DNA of 64,000 bases from an uncultured Methanosarcinales archaeon. GTDB taxonomy: Archaea; Nanobdellota; Nanobdellia; Woesearchaeales; JAGVZT01. The position numbers and the translations under genes are program-made. Positions 39,454 to 48,908 of the stretch are shown one piece after another. The first letter of the stretch is position 1; each line of letters starts with the position of its first letter. Under the pieces are notes generated by a model. That model had not been told where the DNA came from. It searched no databases and saw nothing but the letters and a program-made list of their open reading frames with translations. The stretch covers positions 8,054 to 72,053 of the forward strand of contig CAYQPU010000003.1 in the NCBI GenBank assembly GCA_964419615.1, written 5' to 3'.

Positions 39454-39874
39454 GGTAGAGTGGCTATAAGCCACCTTTTGTAAAACCTCCTATTGAAAGG
39501 AATGGTTTTCCTCAACATTCAACTAAGCGCGTATGCTTGCACTGGCCAGGGCTCACCGTTTCACCAATTCCCTAAAGAACGTCTGCAGAGTCCAGATCTG
39601 TCACCAAATTTGTTTACTGCTTCATTCTCCTTTAAGGCTGTATCGTTTCTGAGTGGTTGCCTTCCATTACAGAACTCCCGTATGGGAGTGGCCTTAATAG
39701 TGGGTGGACTTTCCTCACAAACTTTTAAGAAAAGTTTGATCAAAACAAATGCGACACAAGGTCGCATATCGCGGCTATCTTGCTTAAGAGCAAGCCGCGT
39801 CAAGGGGCTGTAAGCCCTTTATGTTTTGTTCGACCTTTTCTTAAAAGGTCGCGGAAGTTGAGCACCACTCTACC
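39454..39874 (-). ncRNA. rnpB: RNase P RNA with expanded P3
   Basis: P1 GGTAGAGTGG/CCACTCTACC; P4 GAGGAAAGTCCACC and ACAAAAGGTGGCTTA; AGAAAC, TGAAACGG, TGCAAG conserved elements. Confidence 0.92.
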
Positions 39875-39964
39875 AATATATAGGGAGATATTTGGTTTTT
39901 AAAAAGGTTTTGGTAATATTTCGTTCTAAAAAGGTTTTTATACCTATAAAACTTAGCCAAAATA

Positions 39965-40621
39965 ATGAAATTCTCATCTGGAACCAAATTACTGGATAAT
40001 TTACTGAATGGTGGCTATCAGCCCCAAATGATTAATACTATATTTGGAGTTGCAGCTTCTGGTAAAACAACAGCATGTTTATTAGCTTGCATAGCTTGTG
40101 CAAATAGAGGGAAAAAAGTAATATATATTGATACTGAAAATGCATTCCCAGTTGATAGGTTAAAACAATTAACTCCTGATTATAATAAAGTTCTAGAGAA
40201 AATTTTTCTTATTAAAGCCAAATCATTTGAACAACAATCAAAAGTATTTACTAGGTTAAAGGACATTGCTTTTAATACAAATATTGGACTAATAATTGTG
40301 GACACAATTGGTTCTCAATATAGATCTGACACACAAGACTTAAAATTAAAAAATAAAGTTTTGGGAGATCAATTAGATACATTAAGAGAAATCTACAAAA
40401 CAAGTGATTGTATAGTAATATTAACAAATCAAGTTTACTCAAATCTTAAGGAAAATGAAGTAAAACCTATTGGTGGAAGAACCTTAGTTAATCGAAGCAG
40501 GTGTATGATTCAACTTGATAAAGTAGAAGAACATAGATATGCTTACTTAATAAAACATCCAAATGAAAATAAAAATGAAATACAATTCACAATAACAAAT
40601 AAAGGATTTGAGATACTATGA
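39965..40621 (+). CDS. radB: RadB recombination protein
   Basis: GVAASGKT, YIDTE, ILTNQVY, KHP motif; lacks N-terminal HhH domain. Confidence 0.88.
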   Translation: MKFSSGTKLLDNLLNGGYQPQMINTIFGVAASGKTTACLLACIACANRGKKVIYIDTENAFPVDRLKQLTPDYNKVLEKIFLIKAKSFEQQSKVFTRLKDIAFNTNIGLIIVDTIGSQYRSDTQDLKLKNKVLGDQLDTLREIYKTSDCIVILTNQVYSNLKENEVKPIGGRTLVNRSRCMIQLDKVEEHRYAYLIKHPNENKNEIQFTITNKGFEIL

Positions 40622-40634
40622 ATATTGATTAAAT

Positions 40635-41237
40635 CTATTCCTCTGTAAAATCTGCAATAGGAGTATCAATATCTTTTCCTTTTTCAACAATGCCTTTGCT
40701 TTTGAGATATTCATTTGTTAATATCCAGAAAATTAAACCCAAGCTTTTCTTACCTTTGTTATTACATGGAATCACAAGGTCAATATTATTTGTTTGATTG
40801 TTTGTGTCACATAGAGCAATAATCGGAATCCCTGCTGTAATCCCATCATTGACAGCATTCCTATCAGGCCATGCATCTGTAATTAATATAACCTTAGCTT
40901 CAGCATATTTGTCAAGATTAGGATTTGTCAGAACACCTGGTGGATATCTACCTGGAATAACATTCATTCCAGTTAATTCTCCAAGTTTTTTAACAGCTTT
41001 CCAACCATTCTCACGTCTGCATAAAACCATTATGTCCTTTGGTTCATAATTAGCTAAAAACTTAGATGCAATTCTTAATCTTTCATCAATCTTTTGCAGA
41101 TTCAGCACAGATAATCCATCTGATCTGGTCTTATATATGAATCTATTCATATATTTTGTTTTAAACTTGGTACCTATGTGTATTCCTGCCTTAAGATATT
41201 GATCTTGCGGAACTAATAATTTTTCTGATTCATCCAT
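40635..41237 (-). CDS. rps2: ribosomal protein uS2
   Basis: YLKAGIHIGTK, RYPPGVLTNP, IALCDTNN, PCNNKG. Confidence 0.96.
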   Translation of the reverse strand: MDESEKLLVPQDQYLKAGIHIGTKFKTKYMNRFIYKTRSDGLSVLNLQKIDERLRIASKFLANYEPKDIMVLCRRENGWKAVKKLGELTGMNVIPGRYPPGVLTNPNLDKYAEAKVILITDAWPDRNAVNDGITAGIPIIALCDTNNQTNNIDLVIPCNNKGKKSLGLIFWILTNEYLKSKGIVEKGKDIDTPIADFTEE

Positions 41238-41349
41238 TTTATCGTAACCTCATTAAATTAGCAGCAGAATAGGCTGCCTTATTATCGCCCAGCAGCTCTG
41301 TACAAAATACATGTACATGGGCAATGATTATTCGGAAGTCTAATTTGAT

Positions 41350-41874
41350 TTATAAAGGTTTGCTTTGAAAAGTTTTAACAGTTTCATAAACCGGTCCATT
41401 TGGTGTGAGTGTGCTTTTGATAAGCTCAAAACCAAAAACTTGAAACTCACAAGTATTGAAAATTATAACTTTATAATGCTTGAATTGATCCCAATCTTTA
41501 ATATATCTAACTCTTGCTAAGGTAACATGGGGATGAAAAGGATTACTTTTTTGAAAACCCAGTTTATTACAATTTGATTCAATTGTATTTTGTAATTCTA
41601 ATAATTGTTTTGACTGAGCACCTATCCAAATTACTCTTGGCTTTCCTTTTATTGGAAAACTTCCCAGATTATCTAATGTGACAGAAAACCTCCTAAATTT
41701 AATACTACTTAAGGATCTAACAAGTTCATTAAGTTGACTATCTTTAACATCTCCAAGAAATTTTAATGTAATGTGAAACTCCTTTGTTAACTTTAAGTTT
41801 GCTCCAGATAACTGCTCTTGAACAGCTTTGAACTCATCTTGAAAAGGAGTTTGCACTGCAATAAATAATCTCAT
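41350..41874 (-). CDS. thpR: RNA 2',3'-cyclic phosphodiesterase (2H family)
   Basis: MRLFIAV, HITL and HVTL motifs, STLTPNGPVY. Confidence 0.92.
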   Translation of the reverse strand: MRLFIAVQTPFQDEFKAVQEQLSGANLKLTKEFHITLKFLGDVKDSQLNELVRSLSSIKFRRFSVTLDNLGSFPIKGKPRVIWIGAQSKQLLELQNTIESNCNKLGFQKSNPFHPHVTLARVRYIKDWDQFKHYKVIIFNTCEFQVFGFELIKSTLTPNGPVYETVKTFQSKPL

Positions 41875-41905
41875 ATATTCAAACAATAAACTATTTTATT
41901 TAAAT

Positions 41906-42247
41906 TTACTGTTCTAGTTCTTCACCAAAGTCTTCTGAATCTTCAGGTTCAGGTTCTTGGGCAACTTCTTCCTCTTGAGTTTCTTGCTCAACAAGCGTTT
42001 CTTCGGCAGGTTCTTCTGATGCAACAGATTCTTGTGCAGCTCCGATTGACTCAGCAAAGCCAACTCTTCGAAGGACTCTTGTTATTCTAACTCTAATCTC
42101 ATCTCCTTCTTTTGTACCAGGTACAAACAAAACAAATCCATCTACTCTGGCAATTCCATCGCCTTTTTCGCCTACACTTTCTATTTTTACATCTATTTCT
42201 TGCCCCTCTTTTACTGGAGCCATTCTTCCGAAATCATTTCCATACAT
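41906..42247 (-). CDS. single TRAM-domain protein with acidic tail
   Basis: PVKEG..IESVGEKGDGIARVDGFVLFVP. Confidence 0.9.
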   Translation of the reverse strand: MYGNDFGRMAPVKEGQEIDVKIESVGEKGDGIARVDGFVLFVPGTKEGDEIRVRITRVLRRVGFAESIGAAQESVASEEPAEETLVEQETQEEEVAQEPEPEDSEDFGEELEQ

Positions 42248-42344
42248 ATATTTTCACCTTCTATCTTTAAATTAGAAATAGTATTTACTACTCTAACTTA
42301 TTACTAATAAAATATATTGATATTTATAAATTTAATGAAAAAAA

Positions 42345-43286
42345 TTAAATATCCACTAAACCTCCCTTTTCAATGAAGAATGAACACTCACCTTCTGGAA
42401 GATTTGGACTGTCAACAAGCTTTGCAACTCTGCTTCCTTTTTTACCTTTTCTTAAGTAAATTCTGAAAGTAGATGCATGTGCAACAATATGTCCGCCAAT
42501 GGCTTTAGTTGGATCTCCAAAAAACATATCTGGTCTAGATAATACTTGATTAGTTACATACACACAAACATTATAATTTCCAGCAATATTTAGAAGTGTC
42601 CTCATATGCTTGTTTAGCTTTTGTTGTCTTTCAGCTAATGCTCCTCTTCCAATGAATTCTGCTCTAAAGTGACCTGTGAGCGAATCAACCATCACTAATT
42701 TGATGTTTTCACCGTTTCTGATTAACTCTTCTGCTTTTTCTGCAAGCAGCATCTGGTGATCAGAATTAAATGCTCTAGCAACTCTTATGTTCTTTAAAAT
42801 TTTGTCCGGTTCAAGACCTGCACTTTCAGCTATTTCTACAATCCTTTCTGGTCTAAATGTATTTTCAGTATCTATGAAAATTACTAATGCATCTGGATCA
42901 CTTTTCTGAACATTTACAGCCATGATATGACTCAATTGTGTTTTTCCAGAACCAAATTCACCAAAACATTCAGTTATTGCACCTGTTTCAAAACCACCAC
43001 CAACCAAAACATCAAATGATTCTGATCCTGTAGTAATTTTTTGAACATTTTCCCTTTTCTTTAATAATTGATCTCCAGATTCAAATCCCATATCCATTGA
43101 GTTTCTGGCGGCATGAATAACTTTTCTTGCCACACTCTCACTCATACCTGTTGATTCCATCAACTCACCTGGGCTTGCAACTGCAATGCTCATAAGAGTT
43201 GAAAAGCCAGTGCTCTCAAGCTTTTCTGCTGTTGCAGCTCCTACTCCTGGCAAGTCTTGTACTGAACTTATTTCTTTTTTTGACAT
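42345..43286 (-). CDS. radA: RadA recombinase
   Basis: N-terminal Hh[37 protein letters not shown]. Confidence 0.97.
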   Translation of the reverse strand: MSKKEISSVQDLPGVGAATAEKLESTGFSTLMSIAVASPGELMESTGMSESVARKVIHAARNSMDMGFESGDQLLKKRENVQKITTGSESFDVLVGGGFETGAITECFGEFGSGKTQLSHIMAVNVQKSDPDALVIFIDTENTFRPERIVEIAESAGLEPDKILKNIRVARAFNSDHQMLLAEKAEELIRNGENIKLVMVDSLTGHFRAEFIGRGALAERQQKLNKHMRTLLNIAGNYNVCVYVTNQVLSRPDMFFGDPTKAIGGHIVAHASTFRIYLRKGKKGSRVAKLVDSPNLPEGECSFFIEKGGLVDI

Positions 43287-43367
43287 ATGATCACCTTTTG
43301 TTAGTTTTTGTTTTCTGATTTATTAGTGTTATCAAAGTGTTACCGAAAAAATAAAAAAAATAAAAAA

Positions 43368-43634
43368 CTAAGCTTTGTATTCATGGTCACTTCCATCTCT
43401 AAGAACTATATGCTCATAGGCTTTGTTTAATACTAAAACTGCCTTTGGTAAGTCACTAGTTCTCAAAGAATTAGTTGATTGCCACTTTCCATCTTTATCC
43501 TGGTAACGTCTCTGCAAAGAAACTGTATTATATTCTGCAGTTTCTCCAGTTTTTTTAGTTGTTGTGTTCTTCCATACAGTGGCATTTATTACCCCTGTTG
43601 AAAACCTTTTTTCAGGTGTATTTTTTTCTTCCAT
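43368..43634 (-). CDS. small PC4-like ssDNA-binding protein
   Basis: INATVWKN..VSLQRRYQDKDGKWQSTNSLRTSDLPKA; upstream of radA. Confidence 0.6.
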   Translation of the reverse strand: MEEKNTPEKRFSTGVINATVWKNTTTKKTGETAEYNTVSLQRRYQDKDGKWQSTNSLRTSDLPKAVLVLNKAYEHIVLRDGSDHEYKA

Positions 43635-43724
43635 ATTTACCAACCTCCTTGCTATTCGCTTTTTATTTCAACCCCCTTATATTATGGTCCCAGATAATTT
43701 TCTGAGACCCAGGGGCAGATTGGT

Positions 43725-43854
43725 TAGGCACATTGCCTATGGATAGTAATCTCTAATAGATTTATATACCTTACGCGTGAATGTCCAGTGGGTTTTTTGT
43801 TCTGTCCAGTGCACTTTGTAATCAAGAGCAGTGGACTTTTGGTCATGTCCAGTT
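43725..43854. promoter_or_regulatory. promoter of ssb-like/radA unit with palindrome and repeats
   Basis: TAGGCA-N3-TGCCTA 43725-43739; minus-strand TATATAAA 43768-43761; TGTCCAGT at 43782, 43803, 43846. Confidence 0.5.
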
Positions 43855-44926
43855 AGTTTTTTCCATCTGAACTTTTTTCCAAAACAGATCCTTCTACAGC
43901 TTTACTCTCTGTTTTAGGATCTTTGACTGATTCTTCTTTTTTTGACTGATTATTAAGATTCCTCAGTTCTGCTTCTGGATCTGGATTTGTATCAACATAT
44001 CTTGAAATAATCTCCAATCTGTCGAACATTTGGTTTCTAACAACCCTTCCGTTTAATTTGATAATATTTCCAAGAACATCCATCTTTGCACTTTCAAATT
44101 CTTCAGGATTATCCTTATACTTTAACATCTTGTCTTCATCAGCACCAAGTAAGGTTCTTGCTTGATCTCTGAAAAAAACTGCTCTTATGTTTTCAGTACC
44201 ATCATCCAAAAACGCATTTAGAACATAACCTAATTTGGGTGTGATCTTTCCATGACCATCACAAGCAAAAGAACCGTCTTTTAACTGGACTTTTTTATTA
44301 CATTCAGGACAAGTTTCATAGTATCTTGGTTCAAAAATCTGAACAATTGTTGCTAGCAATTCAACATCATTCATATTCTCTTTCAGTTCATTTATTTTCT
44401 TTCTATCTGTGGTCTGCTTAACACCTTCAATTGTCAATCCTGTTGGATTTACCGCCAGATTCCCTTTTGTTCCAAGGTGAAGCTCTTTTTGATTATTACG
44501 TTCTTTTACATAACTTCCCATGACTTTGATAGTATGACCTTGTTTAATATTTTCAACTTTGTCTGCATGTTCTCCCCAAAGAACTAATCGTGTGCTTCCG
44601 GTTTCATCAGCAATAACCAGATTAGCTACTTTTCCTGATCTTCCTTCAACTTCAAATTCTCTAGCAGGATAAACTTGCATTACTTTCCCAGCTGTTTCCA
44701 CATCTCTCATACCAGTAACAATATTCTTGATTTGTAGCTTTCCTGAAACTTGCTCTAGTAGTTTAATACCAAGTTGATTAGCTACAATGTGTGCAGCTCC
44801 TTCCTTACTAATTAATCCAGAAAGCTGTTTTAATTTTGTGTCTATCTTATTTTCAATTTCTGCTTTGCTTAATTCTGATTTTTCTACTATTTTTTCAATA
44901 ATTTCTTCATAACCAAGTTTTATCAT
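43853..44926 (-). CDS. rpa: replication protein A large subunit (OB folds + Zn finger)
   Basis: N-terminal GLIS.EGAA, DETGSTRLVLW, CPEC..C..H, DDGTENIRAVFF. Confidence 0.88.
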   Translation of the reverse strand: MIKLGYEEIIEKIVEKSELSKAEIENKIDTKLKQLSGLISKEGAAHIVANQLGIKLLEQVSGKLQIKNIVTGMRDVETAGKVMQVYPAREFEVEGRSGKVANLVIADETGSTRLVLWGEHADKVENIKQGHTIKVMGSYVKERNNQKELHLGTKGNLAVNPTGLTIEGVKQTTDRKKINELKENMNDVELLATIVQIFEPRYYETCPECNKKVQLKDGSFACDGHGKITPKLGYVLNAFLDDGTENIRAVFFRDQARTLLGADEDKMLKYKDNPEEFESAKMDVLGNIIKLNGRVVRNQMFDRLEIISRYVDTNPDPEAELRNLNNQSKKEESVKDPKTESKAVEGSVLEKSSDGKN

Positions 44927-45003
44927 AAAATCCCCTCAATTAGCAGAAACAAATATCGGTTTATATATTTTTAGATTTTGTTTCCAAAAGTTTTTGGCAT
45001 AAA

Positions 45004-46473
45004 TCAGTTTAAAATGTGAAGAGCAAACCTATACTTTATCGGTTTAACAGAAACAGTTTCTTCTTGTGAATCATAATATTGAATCTCTTGCTTGCTTTCT
45101 ACTTCATATGCGTAGTAATTATTCTCATATTCGATTAAGTTCCAGTCATCGGGTAAATTAGATATAATACATGAATACATATTAGGTGGGCCACCAGGAG
45201 TTCCAACCCAGAATTTACACAGATTTACTTCCTGTAAAAATAATTCTTTGTCTTCCCATATTTTACCATACTCCTCAAAGTCGTATTCCAGCTCAACTTT
45301 AAAACTTGGATATATTGAATAAACACCTTTTGCATTATCTGGAATATCTCCCGTTGTCTTGGGACCACTTTGTCCAACAAGTTTGGAATTGTCACAAACA
45401 TTTAGTGAGCAGTAGGTAGGATCACTATAGAAACTAAAAAACATGCTTGCTGGAGTAAAGCAAGATCTGCCTACTGGCAGGCCAGTATAGCTATCTACCC
45501 AACCAATTGAACTAGCAAACACTTGCTCACCAGAATCGTCAGGTATAAACTCTGTAAAACATCTGTCCATCCAAAAAGGATCTGGATTATTAACTTCTCC
45601 TTTTCCAATATATACTGCAGTATGACCCTCTTCTTCTCCTTTTTCTCCGGGATAGGTTACTGAAACAAAACTTCCAGGTTCTAATCTATTTTTTTCTATC
45701 TCTTTTGTTAAGTCATACACATTTCCATGCTCACAAAATCTTTTTGCAGGTCCGCTGATTTTAGGCTGAGGTGTATTTATTTGTGTTAGTGCAAAGTTAT
45801 TAAAATCAACAGAATTAAGACCTTTTTCACAATAAACCATATCTGGATCCCCTCTCTCAACGTAAGGACAATTTCTTTCTACAGCTCTGATTGCAGCTTT
45901 GGTTACTTCTTCACAGATATTTTCATCAGGAGTTTCAATTGAGGTTGTGTACTCGATTTCATTACCCGCAACGAAAAGATATTCTTTATCATCTTCATCC
46001 ACTTCTTCTTTGAGGATAATTATGTTTGTCATGTTTTTTGGTTTTGCAATAAACCATTTTTCATCAAATTCTAGATTATACTCTAATTCTAACTCTTCTT
46101 GAAAACTTAAGATATATGGAATTAGATTATTGTTAAAAACAAATTCAAATTCAGCAACAGGATCTGGTTTGCACTCTTTTCCAAGAAGATTCCATAGATT
46201 ATAATCTTTAAATTTTCCACATTCGGATTCAGCTGCAATCCCTCCCATCTCTGCAAGATCTTGGACTGTTTGCTCAGCTGCATATTTACCTGCAAGTTCT
46301 GTGTACAAAATGAAACCTTCTCCTTTACTATAAGCTTCAAACAATTCTAATTGTTCATCTCCTATCTCTTTTTCAATAAGATCCTTTGAAATTAGAATCT
46401 GGTAGCTCCACACAAGTGCAGCAATAGCTATAATAATAATCAAGGCTGGAAATGCTGATCCTTTTTTATTCAT
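45004..46473 (-). CDS. pilin-like protein (class III signal) with degenerate NlpC/P60 domain
   Basis: MNKKG-SAFPALIIII; PY..G, GLNSVDF, LEPGSFV, GHTAVYIG. Confidence 0.65.
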   Translation of the reverse strand: MNKKGSAFPALIIIIAIAALVWSYQILISKDLIEKEIGDEQLELFEAYSKGEGFILYTELAGKYAAEQTVQDLAEMGGIAAESECGKFKDYNLWNLLGKECKPDPVAEFEFVFNNNLIPYILSFQEELELEYNLEFDEKWFIAKPKNMTNIIILKEEVDEDDKEYLFVAGNEIEYTTSIETPDENICEEVTKAAIRAVERNCPYVERGDPDMVYCEKGLNSVDFNNFALTQINTPQPKISGPAKRFCEHGNVYDLTKEIEKNRLEPGSFVSVTYPGEKGEEEGHTAVYIGKGEVNNPDPFWMDRCFTEFIPDDSGEQVFASSIGWVDSYTGLPVGRSCFTPASMFFSFYSDPTYCSLNVCDNSKLVGQSGPKTTGDIPDNAKGVYSIYPSFKVELEYDFEEYGKIWEDKELFLQEVNLCKFWVGTPGGPPNMYSCIISNLPDDWNLIEYENNYYAYEVESKQEIQYYDSQEETVSVKPIKYRFALHILN

Positions 46474-47004
46474 CTAAGCATCCCCCTCTTTTTGTAGAAG
46501 AATCACATCAACTTTGTCAGGTGAATCTGAGTAAAACAAAGGAATACTGATCTTCCCAAAATTTGCATTCATTAAATCTTCAGAACTTATTGGACTACTA
46601 GAACATGATTCTGATCTTATTATTTTAAGTATGCTTTTCTTATTGATAATTGTTAATTGAGAACATTTGTTAGCTCCAAGTTCATCATAATATCCAAAAG
46701 TATCTTTGGTTACTATTTCTAGTTCATCATAATTATCATTTTCTACTGAATCTGCAATAAGCTTGGCAATCAAAACTATTTCACCTTCAATCTCCACTTC
46801 TGTTCGAAGGAAGTTTAACAAATTTTGATTCTGTTTTATTGAACTATCAAAATCACTAACTAGCTCATATTCTCTAGAATATTGATTACCACAACCTCTA
46901 AAATGCATTGAAAAAATTATAAAAAATAAAAGGAAAATGATTACATAAATACCTAAAGCTATGAAATCAGCAAGATAGTCAGTGTAAAATCCTCTTTTGT
47001 TCAT
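46474..47004 (-). CDS. pilin-like protein
   Basis: MNKRG-FYTDYLADFIALGIYVIIF. Confidence 0.65.
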   Translation of the reverse strand: MNKRGFYTDYLADFIALGIYVIIFLLFFIIFSMHFRGCGNQYSREYELVSDFDSSIKQNQNLLNFLRTEVEIEGEIVLIAKLIADSVENDNYDELEIVTKDTFGYYDELGANKCSQLTIINKKSILKIIRSESCSSSPISSEDLMNANFGKISIPLFYSDSPDKVDVILLQKEGDA

Positions 47005-47005
47005 T

Positions 47006-47518
47006 TTAACTGCTTGGCATTAATAATTTAATATGAATTATTCCAGGTTCCATTACATCATCGTTTTTTATTAATATGTATCTTAATTCTTCAAATTTAA
47101 TTACTGAACCAGAACCACTGAATCCTAGTCTTGGTTCTAGTAGTTCATAACCTTCTTTGTTGTAAAAAATCTGATGTTCAGAACTGTCCTCTTTTTTTAT
47201 TAAAGTGATCTGGGCTGCTGCAAAATCATTGGTCTCTCCAAAATAAGCGCAGTCATCCGCAACTTTGCTTGTGAACTTAAATGGATCAATAACCCCTGGT
47301 AATGGTCTGTCCAGTTCCAAGTCATAATATGAAAAACAATTATTTGAAAACAAAAAATTATTGATTAGTATACTAGATTGTGCTTCTTGGATGTTAATGT
47401 TTACCATTAGCATGCTTCGTACAAGAAACACAATGCTAAGAGCAACAAACAGTGTAAAAATATATCTAAATATCCTCCATACTTGGTTAAATGTTAAAGT
47501 ACCAGATTCATCATCCAT
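47006..47518 (-). CDS. pilin-like protein
   Basis: MDDESG-TLTF followed by hydrophobic helix; within cluster. Confidence 0.55.
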   Translation of the reverse strand: MDDESGTLTFNQVWRIFRYIFTLFVALSIVFLVRSMLMVNINIQEAQSSILINNFLFSNNCFSYYDLELDRPLPGVIDPFKFTSKVADDCAYFGETNDFAAAQITLIKKEDSSEHQIFYNKEGYELLEPRLGFSGSGSVIKFEELRYILIKNDDVMEPGIIHIKLLMPSS

Positions 47519-47918
47519 TTATTTCTAGTGCCTCTTCTTTTGCAAAAAACAATTGATCATTATTCTCGGGACCATATTCTATGTCATTGTCAATTTCTAT
47601 AGCATACCAGTATCTATTTGGAACAGTAGCCTCTTCACCAAGATCCCATACTCTTACTGTATTCTCACTGATTCCAATAGTAAAATTGGTTATGTTTTCT
47701 GGGTATTCATAATTAAGCAGATGCGGACTTGCAATAACTGTTTCAATCATAAGCGAGATATCTCTAGTAAGGTAATTTTTCTCAAATATTGTGTTATCTT
47801 TAACACTCCTCACAAATCCAAAAATCGCCATAAAAAAGAAAAATGCAACAGCAACATCAAGGATTAGCATAAAGGTCTCATTAGTCATACCTTTTTTATT
47901 CAACCTCTTTTTTCTCAT
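47511..47918 (-). CDS. pilin-like protein
   Basis: LNKKG-MTNETFMLILDVAV. Confidence 0.65.
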   Translation of the reverse strand: MRKKRLNKKGMTNETFMLILDVAVAFFFFMAIFGFVRSVKDNTIFEKNYLTRDISLMIETVIASPHLLNYEYPENITNFTIGISENTVRVWDLGEEATVPNRYWYAIEIDNDIEYGPENNDQLFFAKEEALEING

Positions 47919-47978
47919 TAGAAAGAATCTAGAAACAGTTATTTATAATATTTTTGAAAAAGCACTTAATTTAACTAG

Positions 47979-48656
47979 TTATTCTTCAATAGAACGAGAC
48001 TCTGCGTCTTTTTCTTTTCCAAGGTAGACAAAAATTTTACCACTTGTATCTTTTGTTCTTTGAATATAGATGTTCTGAGTTTCCCAGTTTTGTTCATCAA
48101 TTCCTTTTCCACCGTTTATTTGTAGGCAATGTGCATTTTTTCCAGTAGCAGGATCAATTTTACTCATTTCCTCTCCTTCATATGGATTTAAAACACCTGG
48201 TTTTCCCCCAATAAAATAATCTACTCCTTTATATGGTACACACAACTTTTCTTCACACATCTTCTCATCTTCATTTTCACATAAACATAAGCAAGCCTTT
48301 TTTCTGCAAACACCCGGTGGTTCAATAAATTCATCACCTTTGATGCAATCATTTACTTCTTTATCTTTATTAAATCCAATAAGCATATATTTTGTTCCAA
48401 TTGTGTAAACAATAGTTCTCTCTGAATGATCTGACTCTAATAAAATTTCAATGTCTTGGCTAAGTCTACTAAAACTATCTGGTGATGCAAGTGCATAAAC
48501 CTCTTGGACTATTCCTGGGTTTATTCTGGGAAGTAATGTATCCACACTACGTTGATAAATCACAACTAGACCCAAAATAACAATGATAACCATAACTAAA
48601 CCAATAAGTGCTCGAATAATACTGTTCCCTTTTTTATTCAGTTTTTCCAACAACAA
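47979..48656 (-). CDS. pilin-like protein with Cys-rich domain
   Basis: LNKKG-NSIIRALIGLV; CLCLC motif. Confidence 0.65.
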   Translation of the reverse strand: MLLEKLNKKGNSIIRALIGLVMVIIVILGLVVIYQRSVDTLLPRINPGIVQEVYALASPDSFSRLSQDIEILLESDHSERTIVYTIGTKYMLIGFNKDKEVNDCIKGDEFIEPPGVCRKKACLCLCENEDEKMCEEKLCVPYKGVDYFIGGKPGVLNPYEGEEMSKIDPATGKNAHCLQINGGKGIDEQNWETQNIYIQRTKDTSGKIFVYLGKEKDAESRSIEE

Positions 48657-48898
48657 AATTCATCAGCTCCACAACCACCAAATGCAGGTACACAGTTTAG
48701 ATTATCCCTTGAATCCCCAAGAGCATAGCATTGACCAGTTCCATCTCCCATTGCTGGACAATCAGTTAGTCCATGAATATCATCACTTGTTTTTCCAAAC
48801 CAATTAGTAAATACTCCAATTATAACAAACAAAACCACAATGCATATTGCGGCAATTATTATTGTGTTTAATGACAGTTCCATTCCTTTTTTTTTCAT
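48638..48898 (-). CDS. small type IV pilin-like protein with C-terminal Cys cluster
   Basis: MKKKG-MELSLNTIIIAAICIVVL; ends DEFCCW. Confidence 0.75.
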   Translation of the reverse strand: MKKKGMELSLNTIIIAAICIVVLFVIIGVFTNWFGKTSDDIHGLTDCPAMGDGTGQCYALGDSRDNLNCVPAFGGCGADEFCCWKN

Positions 48899-48908
48899 AG
48901 TATCTCCT

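Noticed and set aside
39493-39813. Track ORFs 39493-39813 (+) and 39561-39803 (-)
   Set aside because: Lie within the RNase P RNA gene
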